A stretch of 64,000 nucleotides of DNA from Kiritimatiellia bacterium (lineage in GTDB: Bacteria; Verrucomicrobiota; Kiritimatiellia; RFP12; UBA1067). Shown here in pieces: positions 19,131 through 29,771 of the stretch. Position numbers and translations under genes: made by a program. Below the pieces are notes generated by a model. The model was not told the origin of the DNA. It searched no databases and saw only the letters and a list, made by a program, of their open reading frames with translations. The first letter of the stretch is position 1. Every line of letters starts with the position of its first letter. The DNA lies in NCBI GenBank assembly GCA_017652705.1, contig JAGCAM010000079.1, forward strand, positions 11,475 to 75,474. Reading direction: 5' to 3'.

Positions 19131-22100
19131 TCATCGGCCTGCGATTTTAATCGTGCCCGGCTTCAGACCGGGTGCGGTTACAGTCAGCTCAGGGGCGTCG
19201 CCGGTGCCCCGGTAGCGCCTCACCGCCACCACCGCTTTGCCGAACCACAGCGAGTGCCCTTTCAGACTCTTGAAAGACACCATCGACCGGGGATCGCCGT
19301 TGCCTACCGCCGCGATTTCACCCGGGCCTTTCAACAAGACGTCGAACTTCGCGTCCGAGACCGGCGAACGGTTGCCTTTCGAGTCCACCGCGTCAATCTG
19401 CACGAAAACCAGATCGGAGCCTTCCGCCGAATACGGATCGCGCGTGAGCCTGATCGCCTTCGGCGCACCTGCCGTTTTCATCTTCGCTTCGCCGATTTTC
19501 TCCCCGCCGCGGTACGCCACAGCTTTCAGCTCACCAGGCCTGTACGGCACGTCGAACCAACGCAGTCTGTACTTCGCGCACACTTCATAATACCTGTTGG
19601 TGAGCGCAGGGTTGCGTTCCACCACCCCCTTGCGGCGGCGGCCGAGCGATCTGCCGTTGAGAAAAAGTTCCGCCTCGTCGCCTGATGTGTAGACGTAGAC
19701 AGGCACTTTGGTCCCTTTATGATCATTCCAGTTCCAGTGCGGAAGAATGTGCACAGTCTCCGCCTTTTTGTTCCAGTGCGAGCGGTAGAGATGCCAGCGG
19801 TCTTTTGGAATGGCGCAGATGTCGGCGGCGCCGAAGTAGGAACTGCGCGAAGTGTCGGCGACGGTGAAGCTGCGGCCGGCCGCCTTGACATAGTGGCTGC
19901 CAAACTCGCTGGCGCCGAGGAACCAGAGTGTGTAGGGGGTGGGCTCGCCAATGTAGTCGATGCCCGACCAGACAAATTCGCCGCAAACGTAGCGGTCGCG
20001 TTCCATCCGGTCGAATTCGACGTCGGCGATGTCGCCCCAGGTCGCGGCGATCTGGTCGTAGCCGTCGACTTTCCAGTTTTTGACGTCGGCGCGGAACCAT
20101 TCTCCGTGCTCGGTGTTGTTGGTGTTGGACCACCCCTCGCGTTCTTCGTTGCCGGCGAACGGAACCCGGTAGAAGCCGTAGTCGGAGAACGCGCTCGCGG
20201 ATTCCGAATAGAACAGCGGCATCGCCGGGTTGCGCGCGTGCATGTGGCGGTAGCTGCCGCCGTAGTTCCAGCCGTTGAGGTCGAGTCCGTCGAGATCGCC
20301 TTTTTCGACGGCCTTTACGTAGCAGCAGCCAATGCCGACCGGACGGGTGGAGTCTTCGGAGAGAACCGCCTTGCGGAAACGGTCGCAGCGTTCGCGGGAG
20401 GTGCCCTGGGAATATTCCTCGCAGTTGAAATAGATTTCATTGCCGAGCGACCAGGTGAACACGCAGGGATGGTTGCGGTCGCGGCGGACGAACGCCTTAA
20501 GATTGCGCTCGACGTATTCTTCGAGATTCTCCCCGGGGAGCCGCCCGGCGGTGCCGTCCCATTTGTCGAAACATTCATCCCAGACTAGGATGCCAAGTTC
20601 GTCGCAGAGATCGAGCAACTGCGGGGCGGGGCAGTTGTGCGAGGTGCGTACGGCGTTCACGCCCATGTCGCGCATGCAGAGAAGCTGGCGCTTCGCGGCG
20701 TCGCGGTCGAACGCCATGCCGAGCGGCCCCAGATCGGAATGGAGGTTGACGCCGTGAATCTGCAGGCGGCGTCCGTTGAGAAACAGTCCGTTGGTGGTTA
20801 CGGAAACGGAGCGCACCCCGTAGCGGAACTTTTCACCGGCGACGGCGTATTCGTAGAGATAAGGGTCGTCCACGTCCCAGAGACGTGGTTTGAGAATTTT
20901 GAACGAGGCGGACTTTGGACCCGAAAGTGTGCGCCAGCTGACGTTGACGGTCGCCTCGGCGGCGGATATTTTCGGAGTGGTGATCGCCACCGAGCCGGGG
21001 ATGGCGTGACCGTCGCCGCGGGTCACGAGGCGAACGCTGCGGTAAATGCCGCCGCCGGGGTACCAGCGCGATTTGTGGTCGGTCGTGTCGGCGGAGACTT
21101 CAAGACTGTTTTCACCGTTGACGACAAGAGCGGACACATCGAGGATGAAGGATGCGTAGCCGTAATCCCACCCGCCGGCGTCTTTGCCGTTGACCTTGAC
21201 TTTCGGGCGGGCCATCACTCCGTCGAATTCAAGGTAGACCCGCTCGCCCGGCTTGCCGGACTTGCGCCAGACGAAGCTGCGTCGGTAGTCGCCTTTGCCG
21301 CACCACGACAGCTTGCCGGTGGCGTAGTCGTTGGTGTGGTTGAACGGCCCCGCTATCGCCCAATCATGGGGAACCCGCACCTTTGACCAAGCGGAGGAGC
21401 CGCCGCGGCGGAATTCCCAGGCGTCACCGTCGAGAGAGATGGATCGGAACGCCGAGTCGACGTTTTCCCTGGCGAAAGCGGAGAGGTCGGGTTCACCCCA
21501 CAGCGGAACGTAATTGCGGTCTCCGAGAGTTACCGCGAAGGAGGATATCTCCTCGAAACCGAGGAGGCGGTAGTATTCCACGTCGGCGGCGACGACGTCC
21601 TTCGCCTGGCGGAAAAGTTTCACGGGAGATGTCCAGTGGGAGTACAGGGAATTGTCGAACCAGTATTCGAGAACGCGAGAACCGGCGGAGCCGAACTTTT
21701 CAATCAGGGCTTTAAGGGGCTTGGTCTCGCCGTTGTTCTGGTCGGCGAGGGGACGGCCGAGATCGCGTTTGATGGGGGCGTATTCAAGGAACACGCCTTT
21801 GACCGGTTTCACTTTCTCCGGCGGGTTGATGGCGTCGGCGTAGGCAAGGTAGCAGAGTTCGGCGTCGGGTATGAACTTGCGCAATTCGGTCACGATGGCG
21901 TTGGCGAAAATCAGCTGCTGGTCGCTGGCGGAGAATCCGCGGCATTTTTCGCATTTGCACACGCCGCCGTGCACGTCGTCAAGCCACAGACAGTAGCGGC
22001 GGTTGCCGCCGTAGAGGGCCTTGGCGAGTTCGACCGCGCGTTTCCCCGCAATGTTCATGGCTTCGGGGTTGGAGAAGCAGAAGTTCTTGTCCCTGCAGCG

Positions 22101-24380
22101 GGCGCCCTTCTCGTCCATGCGGAAATATTCGGGGTGAACGTCGAAAAGGTTGCGCGGCAGCAGCCAGCTGGCGGCGTGGATTTCATAGCCGATGTCGATG
22201 CCGAGGGCTTTGGCGCGGTCGATGAGGGCGCGGTAGCCGGGCTCTTTCAGTCTGGCGAGTGTTTTATCGAGCGCGACTTCGGCCTGGCCGCCGCCGCCGG
22301 GATGGATGGAAAGATTGTGGAGACCGAGATTCACCGCGCGGTCCACCCAGCGGTCGGAGAGTTCGTCGGTGCCGATTACGAGGGATGTTTTAAGCGCCCC
22401 GGCCGGCGGAGCGGCCGGCTTTTTTTCACGGAACCAGACCTGCATGTCGTTGCCGGGCTGGCGGTGGTCCCACGCGAAGTACGGTATCAGTTTCAGCCCG
22501 TTGGAAGCTTTGAGCGCGGGGAAGGTCTTGTCGCCGATCACGATGGTGTCGTCGGTGAAAGTGGCGTCTTCGGGAAGAACGGCGTCGTAGGCCGCGCCGC
22601 CGTTGTCGCAGCCTTCGGCGCAGTAGAGCATGGGGCCGCGTTCGACGGCGAGACGGCCGAGGTCGTCGACGACGGCGCGGTGGGCGCGGATACGCTTGAC
22701 CGGCATGGGGAAATTGACTTCGACTTTGTCGCCGGCCTTCCATTTTCTGTCGATGTCGATGTAGCCGTCTTTGCCCGGTGCGGGGTCAAGAGCGGCGCCG
22801 TTCACCGAGAGAGTGATTTCCTTGACGCTTGCGGGCACGGTCTGGGTGTACAGGTCGCCGGGCACCGGTTCACCTTTCGCCCAGCCGGGAACGCGGAGTT
22901 TTAGCGTGAACCGCTTTTCGGCGGCCGGGCTGACGGCCAGCGTTGCGCGGCCGTTCCACGGATATCCCGTGTCGCATTTGAACTTGACCCCTTCCACCTC
23001 GGCTTCGCCCTGCATGACGAGGTTCCAGAATATGTTCGCGCCGTCGGTCGCCCACGCGAAGGACGGTATCTGGGGGATGAAGCGGACGTCATTCACCGGG
23101 CAGCAGCTGCAGCCGAACCACTTCGAACGTCTGTAACCTCCTTTGCAGGCGAGCGGGTTGGGGTAGAAGTACTCGTCGCCGGTGAGTGACACGCCGGAGA
23201 GGAATCCGTTGTAGATGACCCGCTCGAGTATATCGACGTATTTGGATTCGCCGGAAAAGCGGAACATACGTTCGTTCCACAGGGCGTTGGCGATCGCGGC
23301 GCAGGTTTCCAGATAGGTCACGCGGTAGTCGTTGGGCAGCAGATAGTCGCGCTCGAACGCCTCGCCGCGGGGGGTTCCGCCGACGCCGCCGGTGAGGTGC
23401 AGCTTGCGACCAGAAACGTTGAGCCAGATGGCGGAAATCGCGTCGAGGTACGCCTTGTCGCCGGTGAGGGCGGCGACGTCGGCGACACCGCAGTACAGGT
23501 AGCCGGCGCGCACAGCGTGGCCGACCGCCTCGCGCTGGAGGACGACGGGCATGTGATCCTGGATGCCCGCGCCCGGGGCGACGATGGGGTCGACCGGTTC
23601 ACCGCCGGGGCCGACCGGCCGCCCGTCTTCGAGAGACCTGCCGCGGCCGCGCATTTCAATGAAGTGGCGCGCGAGGTTGAGATAACGCTTCCTGCCGGTC
23701 ACCCGGTAGAGCTTGGCGAGGGCGAGCTCGATTTCCTCATGGCCGGGCGCGTCTTTGAGCTGGGTCGGGTCGGGCCCGAACACGCGGCAGAAAAGATCGG
23801 CGGATTTTACGGCGACGTCGAGGAAATTGCGCTTGCCGGTGGCCCGGAACCACGCGCAGGCGGCTTCGATCATGTGCCCGTTGTTGTAAAGTTCGTGGCT
23901 GGAGCCGATGTTGGACCAGCGAACGGGGCCCATCATGCCGCTGCTGCCGCCGCCTTTGCTGAAGTGCCAGTGGCCGAGCGTTCTGGCGGTGTAGAGGTAG
24001 CCGTCTAATTCCTGCGCTTTGGCGAACTGACCGATAAGCCAGTCGCAGTATTTTTCAAGTTCGGGGTCGGGGTGGTTGGCGAGCACGTAGGCCGCCCCTT
24101 CCACCACCTTGAACACGTCGGAATCGTCGAAGGGAATTCCGCCGAACTTGCCGGCGCGGGCGGCGGCGTTGGTGAAGTTGGCGATGCGCGGCGTCTCGTT
24201 GCATTTGTCGAAACAGTTTTTGAGGGTGGAAAGACGGTTCGTCTCCAGCCGGTCGTACCAGAAGCCGCCGGTGACTCTGACCTTGGTCATGTCGGCGGAG
24301 CGGATCGGGTAGTCGTTGGCGGCGGCGGCCGCAGCGGCGGCAACGAACGCTGCGACGGCGACAGAGAGTTTCTTTTTCAT
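19131..24380 (-). CDS. 1749-aa secreted multi-domain glycoside hydrolase: GH127-like (beta-L-arabinofuranosidase fold) + DUF4838-like + GH2
   Basis: Signal peptide MKKKLSVAVAAFVAAAAAAAA. The N-terminal ~650 aa carry the GH127 ExC (YLETCAAI) and CC (FGCSCCPVN) zinc/catalytic motifs. Residues ~660-960 carry the DUF4838-like core (FRM...FCFSNP...WLDDVHGGVCKCEKCRGF). The C-terminal ~790 aa are GH2 (VRVPHDWAIAGPFN sugar-binding domain; TIM barrel NHPCVFTWSLGNE). Confidence 0.8.
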   Translation of the reverse strand: MKKKLSVAVAAFVAAAAAAAANDYPIRSADMTKVRVTGGFWYDRLETNRLSTLKNCFDKCNETPRIANFTNAAARAGKFGGIPFDDSDVFKVVEGAAYVLANHPDPELEKYCDWLIGQFAKAQELDGYLYTARTLGHWHFSKGGGSSGMMGPVRWSNIGSSHELYNNGHMIEAACAWFRATGKRNFLDVAVKSADLFCRVFGPDPTQLKDAPGHEEIELALAKLYRVTGRKRYLNLARHFIEMRGRGRSLEDGRPVGPGGEPVDPIVAPGAGIQDHMPVVLQREAVGHAVRAGYLYCGVADVAALTGDKAYLDAISAIWLNVSGRKLHLTGGVGGTPRGEAFERDYLLPNDYRVTYLETCAAIANALWNERMFRFSGESKYVDILERVIYNGFLSGVSLTGDEYFYPNPLACKGGYRRSKWFGCSCCPVNDVRFIPQIPSFAWATDGANIFWNLVMQGEAEVEGVKFKCDTGYPWNGRATLAVSPAAEKRFTLKLRVPGWAKGEPVPGDLYTQTVPASVKEITLSVNGAALDPAPGKDGYIDIDRKWKAGDKVEVNFPMPVKRIRAHRAVVDDLGRLAVERGPMLYCAEGCDNGGAAYDAVLPEDATFTDDTIVIGDKTFPALKASNGLKLIPYFAWDHRQPGNDMQVWFREKKPAAPPAGALKTSLVIGTDELSDRWVDRAVNLGLHNLSIHPGGGGQAEVALDKTLARLKEPGYRALIDRAKALGIDIGYEIHAASWLLPRNLFDVHPEYFRMDEKGARCRDKNFCFSNPEAMNIAGKRAVELAKALYGGNRRYCLWLDDVHGGVCKCEKCRGFSASDQQLIFANAIVTELRKFIPDAELCYLAYADAINPPEKVKPVKGVFLEYAPIKRDLGRPLADQNNGETKPLKALIEKFGSAGSRVLEYWFDNSLYSHWTSPVKLFRQAKDVVAADVEYYRLLGFEEISSFAVTLGDRNYVPLWGEPDLSAFARENVDSAFRSISLDGDAWEFRRGGSSAWSKVRVPHDWAIAGPFNHTNDYATGKLSWCGKGDYRRSFVWRKSGKPGERVYLEFDGVMARPKVKVNGKDAGGWDYGYASFILDVSALVVNGENSLEVSADTTDHKSRWYPGGGIYRSVRLVTRGDGHAIPGSVAITTPKISAAEATVNVSWRTLSGPKSASFKILKPRLWDVDDPYLYEYAVAGEKFRYGVRSVSVTTNGLFLNGRRLQIHGVNLHSDLGPLGMAFDRDAAKRQLLCMRDMGVNAVRTSHNCPAPQLLDLCDELGILVWDECFDKWDGTAGRLPGENLEEYVERNLKAFVRRDRNHPCVFTWSLGNEIYFNCEEYSQGTSRERCDRFRKAVLSEDSTRPVGIGCCYVKAVEKGDLDGLDLNGWNYGGSYRHMHARNPAMPLFYSESASAFSDYGFYRVPFAGNEEREGWSNTNNTEHGEWFRADVKNWKVDGYDQIAATWGDIADVEFDRMERDRYVCGEFVWSGIDYIGEPTPYTLWFLGASEFGSHYVKAAGRSFTVADTSRSSYFGAADICAIPKDRWHLYRSHWNKKAETVHILPHWNWNDHKGTKVPVYVYTSGDEAELFLNGRSLGRRRKGVVERNPALTNRYYEVCAKYRLRWFDVPYRPGELKAVAYRGGEKIGEAKMKTAGAPKAIRLTRDPYSAEGSDLVFVQIDAVDSKGNRSPVSDAKFDVLLKGPGEIAAVGNGDPRSMVSFKSLKGHSLWFGKAVVAVRRYRGTGDAPELTVTAPGLKPGTIKIAGR

Positions 24381-24410
24381 TTCAGCGGTCTCCTTTTAAG
24401 GGTGAAGCTT

Positions 24411-24902
24411 TCACAGATGTTTGATGTTGATTTTGCCTGTGGCGAGTCCCGGGGCCGATGCCGTCAGGGTGGCGGGGCCTTTGCCGGTGCGCCGAAGGAT
24501 TACCAGGGCCTTGCCGTGGAAAAGACGGTTGCCGGCGACGTCCTTGACCGAGTCGTAATCGCGTGGGTCGCCGTTGCCTACCGCTTCTATGACGGCGTCG
24601 CCGCGGACCGCGAAACCGACTCGGTCGCCGGCGTCGGGAACGCGCGTACCGGCTGCGTCCGCTTTCGCGGCGGTTTTCACGCTGGCCACGCCGATCTTCC
24701 TGCCCCTGAGATAGCGGACCGCCCTGAGTTCGCCCGGTTCCCACCGCACGTCAAACCAGCGCAAACGGTAGCGGCCCATAATCTTGTAATACGGGTTGTC
24801 GCGGCCTTTCCCGTTGAACTTGGCGACGTCGCCGCAGTCGCTGTGCAGCGGATAGTCGAGGCGGAGCTTCCGTTTCATTGGCCTTATTTTGTTTTGTCGC
24901 AC
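24411..24902 (-). pseudogene. stand-alone remnant of a GH2 C-terminal domain
   Basis: 163-aa ORF. ...YYKIMGRYRLRWFDVRWEPGELRAVRY...AVGNGDPRDYDSV...ASAPGLATGKINI aligns with the last ~165 aa of the GH2 part of the giant protein (YYEVCAKYRLRWFDVPYRPGELKAVAY...AVGNGDPRSMVSF...TAPGLKPGTIKI). No catalytic domain precedes it. Confidence 0.5.
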
Positions 24903-24912
24903 TGAATGGCGG

Positions 24913-27669
24913 TCATTGCTCGACGAATTTCAGTACGCCGAAGGCGTTGAGATCGCTGTTGAAATTGCCGAACCTGTTGTAAAGCCGCGAAAGTTCCCAC
25001 ACCGAACCGGGGGTGCGCTTCGACTTGTCTTTGAGCCAGGCGTCGGCGATTCTCAGCCGCGCGATGTTGCCGTTCCAGTGGATGCCGCCCTGCGTGGTCG
25101 GTATTTTCGCGTCGGCGAAGAAACCGAGGTCGCTGTACGGTATGTAGATTTCGACCGACCAGGAGTCTTTGTTGATTTTCGCCCCGCTCTTCAGCCCCTT
25201 CGGTTCCCACTTCTTGGTCTGAACCCGCAACTGGTTGACGGCGTCGATCCAGAGTTTGAAATAGACGCCTTCAAGCTCGCCGGTGGGGTCGACGAAAATT
25301 TCAAGACAGTCGTTGCCCCACCAGTCGCCGGCCGGGTGCGAAGTCTGCAGGCGGTCGGGGGTCTTCTCCATGCAGGTGATGCCGAACACCACGCCTTGCG
25401 AAGTCCATACCGCCTGCACGTAAGTCGGATATTTCGCCACGGTGTTGGTGCGGCTGCCGCTGCCGTCGATACCCGCGAGCGCGCAGGAGAGCGGCTCGGC
25501 GAGCTTCCAGCACGGGTCGGAGAGGTCGCCGTCGATTTTCGGAAGTTCGGCGGCCTTGCGCATGTGCAGGTCGGGGAAGGCCTTGTTGTTGGCGTACTCC
25601 CAGCTTTCCCTGAAAAACCGCTCGAAGGGTTTGGCGTAGTAGGCGAGACGGTTCGAGGCGGCCGCATCGTCGGCGAGAGCCCTGAACGACTCTTTGATTA
25701 TGCGTTCCATCTCCTCCACCTCGGCGCGCGGGTAGCTGATGCCGAAAACGTTTTTGCTGGTGACGCTCGGCCGCTTCCACTGCCGTGCCCACCCTTTCTC
25801 CTGCATGTCGATAAGTTTGCGCATCGGCGCGGCGGCCTTGCCGAACATCCGACTGGCGAATTCGTCGTAGACGTCTTTCGCCTCGAAGCCGGGGTTCCAC
25901 ATCGCCCGCACCCAGACGTAGGCGGAGAGCCCGAGCCGGTCGACCGGATACCCCCCGTTCAGGAAAGATCCGCAGATCACGCCCTTCATCCTGCGGTAGA
26001 ATTCAACAGCGGTGCCGCCGAAAACGTAAGGGGCGCAAGTCCGGTCGGCCGGCCAGCAGATGTAGTGCCAGTTCTGCACGGGGTTGCCGGTCGCCTTCGC
26101 CCATTGGCGCATGAGCTCCTCCTCGTGTCTGCGGGCTGATTCCTGGGCGAGCAGCGCGAGGCCCGGCATGGTGCACAGAAACGCGTCCACGTTGCCTTCG
26201 GCCGTGAGATCGAGACCTTTGGGCACGTCGCAGGTGTTGATGTAGGGAAGTATGGAAATGCGCCAGTCGGGATATTTCCGCTTCATCCATTTGGCGAGTT
26301 CCTTGGTGAAATACCCCCAGATTATCGGCGAAGCGTCGCCCGTGGGCGCGGCTGACTTGTCCACGAGTTTTTTGCAGAAATCGCAGTGGCAGACGACGGC
26401 GGCGTCGTACTGCGAAACGGTTACGGTTTTGCGCTGCACGTCGACGGGGTCGCCCATAAAGCCGCGGCGTTTGCCCTCGACCGTCAGGTTGATGTGCTCC
26501 TTGTAGGTCTGCAGCGTGCGGGGGTTGCCGTAACAGAGCATGGCGGTGCGGGCGCGTTCGCCGTTTTCGGACAGGGCGAAGATTTCCGGTCGCCCCGTCC
26601 AGCGGCTCGGCTTGTAACCGAGATTGGGGTCGACGTGCCAGTAGCTCGGGGTGTGGACCCGGTGCGATGACTGGTGGGCGTCGCCGAATTTCCAGCCGCG
26701 GTGACCCGCTGCGAATTCGGTGCGGAATTCATAGACCGGTTTGTCCGACCAGTTGAACCGTGGCAGGGCGAGACCTTCCGTTTTGATAACGAGTTCGCCG
26801 ATCTTGCGGTCGGGGTAGTACTGGCGTACGCCGAGTATCCGTTCGGCGAAGTCGTAGACGGCGTAGCCGGAGGCGGTCGCATGCGCGCCGATGAGGAAAA
26901 CGTCCCCTCCTTTGGTGAGACAGCGGAAGGCGTGTGCGCCGACGCCCCACCGGGTGTCGGGGGTGCCGGGGCGGGTGACGCCGGCTTCGCGGGCGGCGAG
27001 GGTGTCGCCGATGTAGATCGCGCCGCCGCCGGTGTAGGCGGTGTTGGTGCCGAGATGGAGAACCGGCGGCTTGGCGCCGGTCATCTTTTCGATTATTTCA
27101 GCGAGCCACACCGCTTCGCCGCGCGCTTCGGCCGCCACGATCGGCATGCGGGCGACGCCGTCGGCGACGACCACGACCGGTTCCCCGCGAGGGGCCGAGA
27201 ACGCGGTGAGCGGGGTCAGGTCTTTGGCGCGCGGATTGCCGGGCGCGAGCTGCGCTCTGGATCCGTCCTCCGCGGTGACGAAACTCCCTTTCCGTTCCGC
27301 GGCGGCGGCCGAAGTCTTGGTGAAGTAGTTGGTGGCGAGCGCGGTACGCGACGTCCGGCGGTACGCCTCGAAGAGAACTGAATACTCACCGGCCGGCAGA
27401 TCTTCGACATGCAGCGAAAGCGCATTGCGCCCGACCCGCAAGGGAACCGACTGCGTGCGGAGCATCCTGCCGGACGCGTCGCGCAGCGTCATTTTCACGC
27501 TGTCGGCGGTGCAGACCGGAACCTTTGCCTCGAAGGCGACGTAGACGTCGTCCTTGCCGAGCGTCTGCCGGTCGCCCGAGGCGCCGGTAAATCCGACGGC
27601 CGGCGCCGCGGCGGCGGCGGCGGAAAGGATTGCCGCGGCGGCGAAAAGAACCTGTGCTGTCTTTGTCAT
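24913..27669 (-). CDS. secreted DUF4838-like (GH20-like) putative glycoside hydrolase with C-terminal CBM9-like domain
   Basis: 918 aa, signal peptide. Core motifs GNPRTLQTYKE, CHCDFCK, NWHYICWP. C-terminal KIDGDLSDPCWKLAEP...DCLEIFVDP...WSVEIYIPY matches the CBM9/DOMON-like fold. Confidence 0.6.
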   Translation of the reverse strand: MTKTAQVLFAAAAILSAAAAAAPAVGFTGASGDRQTLGKDDVYVAFEAKVPVCTADSVKMTLRDASGRMLRTQSVPLRVGRNALSLHVEDLPAGEYSVLFEAYRRTSRTALATNYFTKTSAAAAERKGSFVTAEDGSRAQLAPGNPRAKDLTPLTAFSAPRGEPVVVVADGVARMPIVAAEARGEAVWLAEIIEKMTGAKPPVLHLGTNTAYTGGGAIYIGDTLAAREAGVTRPGTPDTRWGVGAHAFRCLTKGGDVFLIGAHATASGYAVYDFAERILGVRQYYPDRKIGELVIKTEGLALPRFNWSDKPVYEFRTEFAAGHRGWKFGDAHQSSHRVHTPSYWHVDPNLGYKPSRWTGRPEIFALSENGERARTAMLCYGNPRTLQTYKEHINLTVEGKRRGFMGDPVDVQRKTVTVSQYDAAVVCHCDFCKKLVDKSAAPTGDASPIIWGYFTKELAKWMKRKYPDWRISILPYINTCDVPKGLDLTAEGNVDAFLCTMPGLALLAQESARRHEEELMRQWAKATGNPVQNWHYICWPADRTCAPYVFGGTAVEFYRRMKGVICGSFLNGGYPVDRLGLSAYVWVRAMWNPGFEAKDVYDEFASRMFGKAAAPMRKLIDMQEKGWARQWKRPSVTSKNVFGISYPRAEVEEMERIIKESFRALADDAAASNRLAYYAKPFERFFRESWEYANNKAFPDLHMRKAAELPKIDGDLSDPCWKLAEPLSCALAGIDGSGSRTNTVAKYPTYVQAVWTSQGVVFGITCMEKTPDRLQTSHPAGDWWGNDCLEIFVDPTGELEGVYFKLWIDAVNQLRVQTKKWEPKGLKSGAKINKDSWSVEIYIPYSDLGFFADAKIPTTQGGIHWNGNIARLRIADAWLKDKSKRTPGSVWELSRLYNRFGNFNSDLNAFGVLKFVEQ

Positions 27670-27683
27670 TTTTCCGCGCCATT

Positions 27684-29771
27684 TCAGAACTTCACGGAAG
27701 TCGAGAGCGTATCGACGAAACCGGGCTGTCCGCCGCCGACGTAAACCGCGGTTTCACCCGAGGGCACCGTCGCTTTGCCGTCTTCGCCGAAAACCGCGAA
27801 CTGCTCGTTCAGCAGCGTGAAGGTGACGTTCCGCGACGCACCGGGGGCGATGCGAACGCGCGTGAACCCCTCAAGATGGTGCAGACGGCGGTCGCCGGCC
27901 GCGGCGGGGGCTTTCAGATAGAGCTGCACGACTTCGTCGCCGGCGAGCTTGCCGGTGTTTTTCACGTTGACGGTGATCTCTGCGCCGGACGCCGTCTTTT
28001 TGGCCCGGATGTCGGAGTAGGCGAAAGTCGTATAGGAAAGTCCGTAACCGAACGGATACGCCGGCTTTTTCGTGGCGTAGCGGTAGGTGCGCCCGACGAG
28101 GGTGTAGTCGGCGAACGCGGGAAGGTCGTCGTAGGATTTCGGGTAGGTGATGGGGAGCCTCCCGGCCGGGTTGTTTTTGCCGAATATCGTGCGGGCGACT
28201 GCGCGCCCCCCCTGTTCACCGGGATACCATGCGAGAATGACCGCGTCGGAATTTCTGACGACCGGCTCGAGATCGAACGGGCTGCCGCCGAAGATGACCG
28301 AGACTACGCACTTGCAGCTCTTGCGGTAGCCCTCAAGCAGTTTCAACTGGTTCTGGGGCAGCGAATAGGAGGTGCGGTCGCCGCCGGAATTGTTGACGCT
28401 GCACCCCTCCTCGCCTTCGTCTTCGGCGGTGATGCCGAGACAGACTATCGCGATGTCGCTGCCGTGGGCGCCTTCGGGCACGCCGATTACGCGAACCCCC
28501 GGGCCTGCCTCTTCGACCACCCCGGAGAAGACTGTTGACGGACGCGCAGCGTAGCCGCAGTAGTTGCCGATAAGAGCCACTTCGTCCATCGCGCGCGGAC
28601 CGACCACGCCCACGCAGACGGCTTTCTTGGGGTCGAACGGCAGTGCGCCGTTGTTGGAAATCAGCACGAGAGATTTCTCGGCGGCCTCAAGCGCGAGATC
28701 GCGGTTGGCCTCGGTCGCGACGTCCTTTTCGCCGAGGTGATCCCACGGCGTGGAACCGTTTCTGTCGAACTGGCCGAGCAGAACGCGGGTGTTGAGAAGC
28801 TGCACCAGCGGTCGCTTGAGCTCGTCGCCGGTGACCTTGCCCTCTTTAATGGCGTCGCGGAGGCAGGCGTAGGTGCCTTCCGAACAAAGGTCGAGACCGG
28901 CCGCGATCGCCGCTTTGCACGCCGCCACCCTGTCGGCGGTGAAATGATGTCCGGTGTGGATGTCGGCGACCGCGCCGACATCGCTGACGATATGGCCTTT
29001 GAAGCCCCATTCGCCGCGGAGGATGTCCGTGAGCAGTTCGCGGTTGGCGCAGCACGGCACGCCGTTGAGGGCGCTGTAGGCGCCCATGAACGCCTCGACT
29101 TTCGCGTGCATCGCCAACGTGCGGAACGCCGGCAGATAGTATTCGCGGAGATCCCGCGCCGAAACCTTGGCGTTGAACCCGTGGCGCAGACGCTCGGGCC
29201 CCGAATGCACCGCGAAGTGTTTGGCGCACGCCGCGGTTTTCAGATACTTTTTGTCGTACCCCTGCAGCCCGCGGACGTACGCTCCGCCCATTACGCCGGA
29301 GAGGTAGGGGTCTTCGCCGAACGTCTCCTGGCCGCGCCCCCAGCGCGGATCGCGGAACATGTTGACGTTGGGGCTCCACAGGGTAAGCCCTTTGTAGATT
29401 TCACGCTGGTCGCGTTCGCGGAAGAGGTTGTACTTGGCGCGCGTCTCGGTCGAGACGACGTCGCCGACGCGCTCCTGCAAGCCGGAGTCGAACGAGGCGG
29501 CCATGCCCATCGACTGCGGGAACACCGTGGCGAGACCGGCGCGGGCGATGCCGTGCAGCGCCTCGTTCCACCAGTGGTAGCGGGGAATCCCGAGCCTGTC
29601 GACGGCGGGGGAGTCCATCATCAGCAGATCGACGCGTTCCTCTGGGGAGAGTTGCTCGACCATCGTCCGCGCGCGCAGCTCGCATTCGGAACGGCGGTAG
29701 TCGGAAGGTATGGCTGCGGCGGATGCCGCGGCGAACGCGGCGATGGAACCAGCGGCTATTTTCATGTTCAT
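27684..29771 (-). CDS. GH3 beta-glucosidase/beta-xylosidase (BglX-like)
   Basis: 695 aa. GH3 N-domain (GFKGHIVSDVGAV with catalytic Asp region), C-terminal alpha/beta and FnIII-like domains. Signal peptide. Confidence 0.85.
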   Translation of the reverse strand: MNMKIAAGSIAAFAAASAAAIPSDYRRSECELRARTMVEQLSPEERVDLLMMDSPAVDRLGIPRYHWWNEALHGIARAGLATVFPQSMGMAASFDSGLQERVGDVVSTETRAKYNLFRERDQREIYKGLTLWSPNVNMFRDPRWGRGQETFGEDPYLSGVMGGAYVRGLQGYDKKYLKTAACAKHFAVHSGPERLRHGFNAKVSARDLREYYLPAFRTLAMHAKVEAFMGAYSALNGVPCCANRELLTDILRGEWGFKGHIVSDVGAVADIHTGHHFTADRVAACKAAIAAGLDLCSEGTYACLRDAIKEGKVTGDELKRPLVQLLNTRVLLGQFDRNGSTPWDHLGEKDVATEANRDLALEAAEKSLVLISNNGALPFDPKKAVCVGVVGPRAMDEVALIGNYCGYAARPSTVFSGVVEEAGPGVRVIGVPEGAHGSDIAIVCLGITAEDEGEEGCSVNNSGGDRTSYSLPQNQLKLLEGYRKSCKCVVSVIFGGSPFDLEPVVRNSDAVILAWYPGEQGGRAVARTIFGKNNPAGRLPITYPKSYDDLPAFADYTLVGRTYRYATKKPAYPFGYGLSYTTFAYSDIRAKKTASGAEITVNVKNTGKLAGDEVVQLYLKAPAAAGDRRLHHLEGFTRVRIAPGASRNVTFTLLNEQFAVFGEDGKATVPSGETAVYVGGGQPGFVDTLSTSVKF

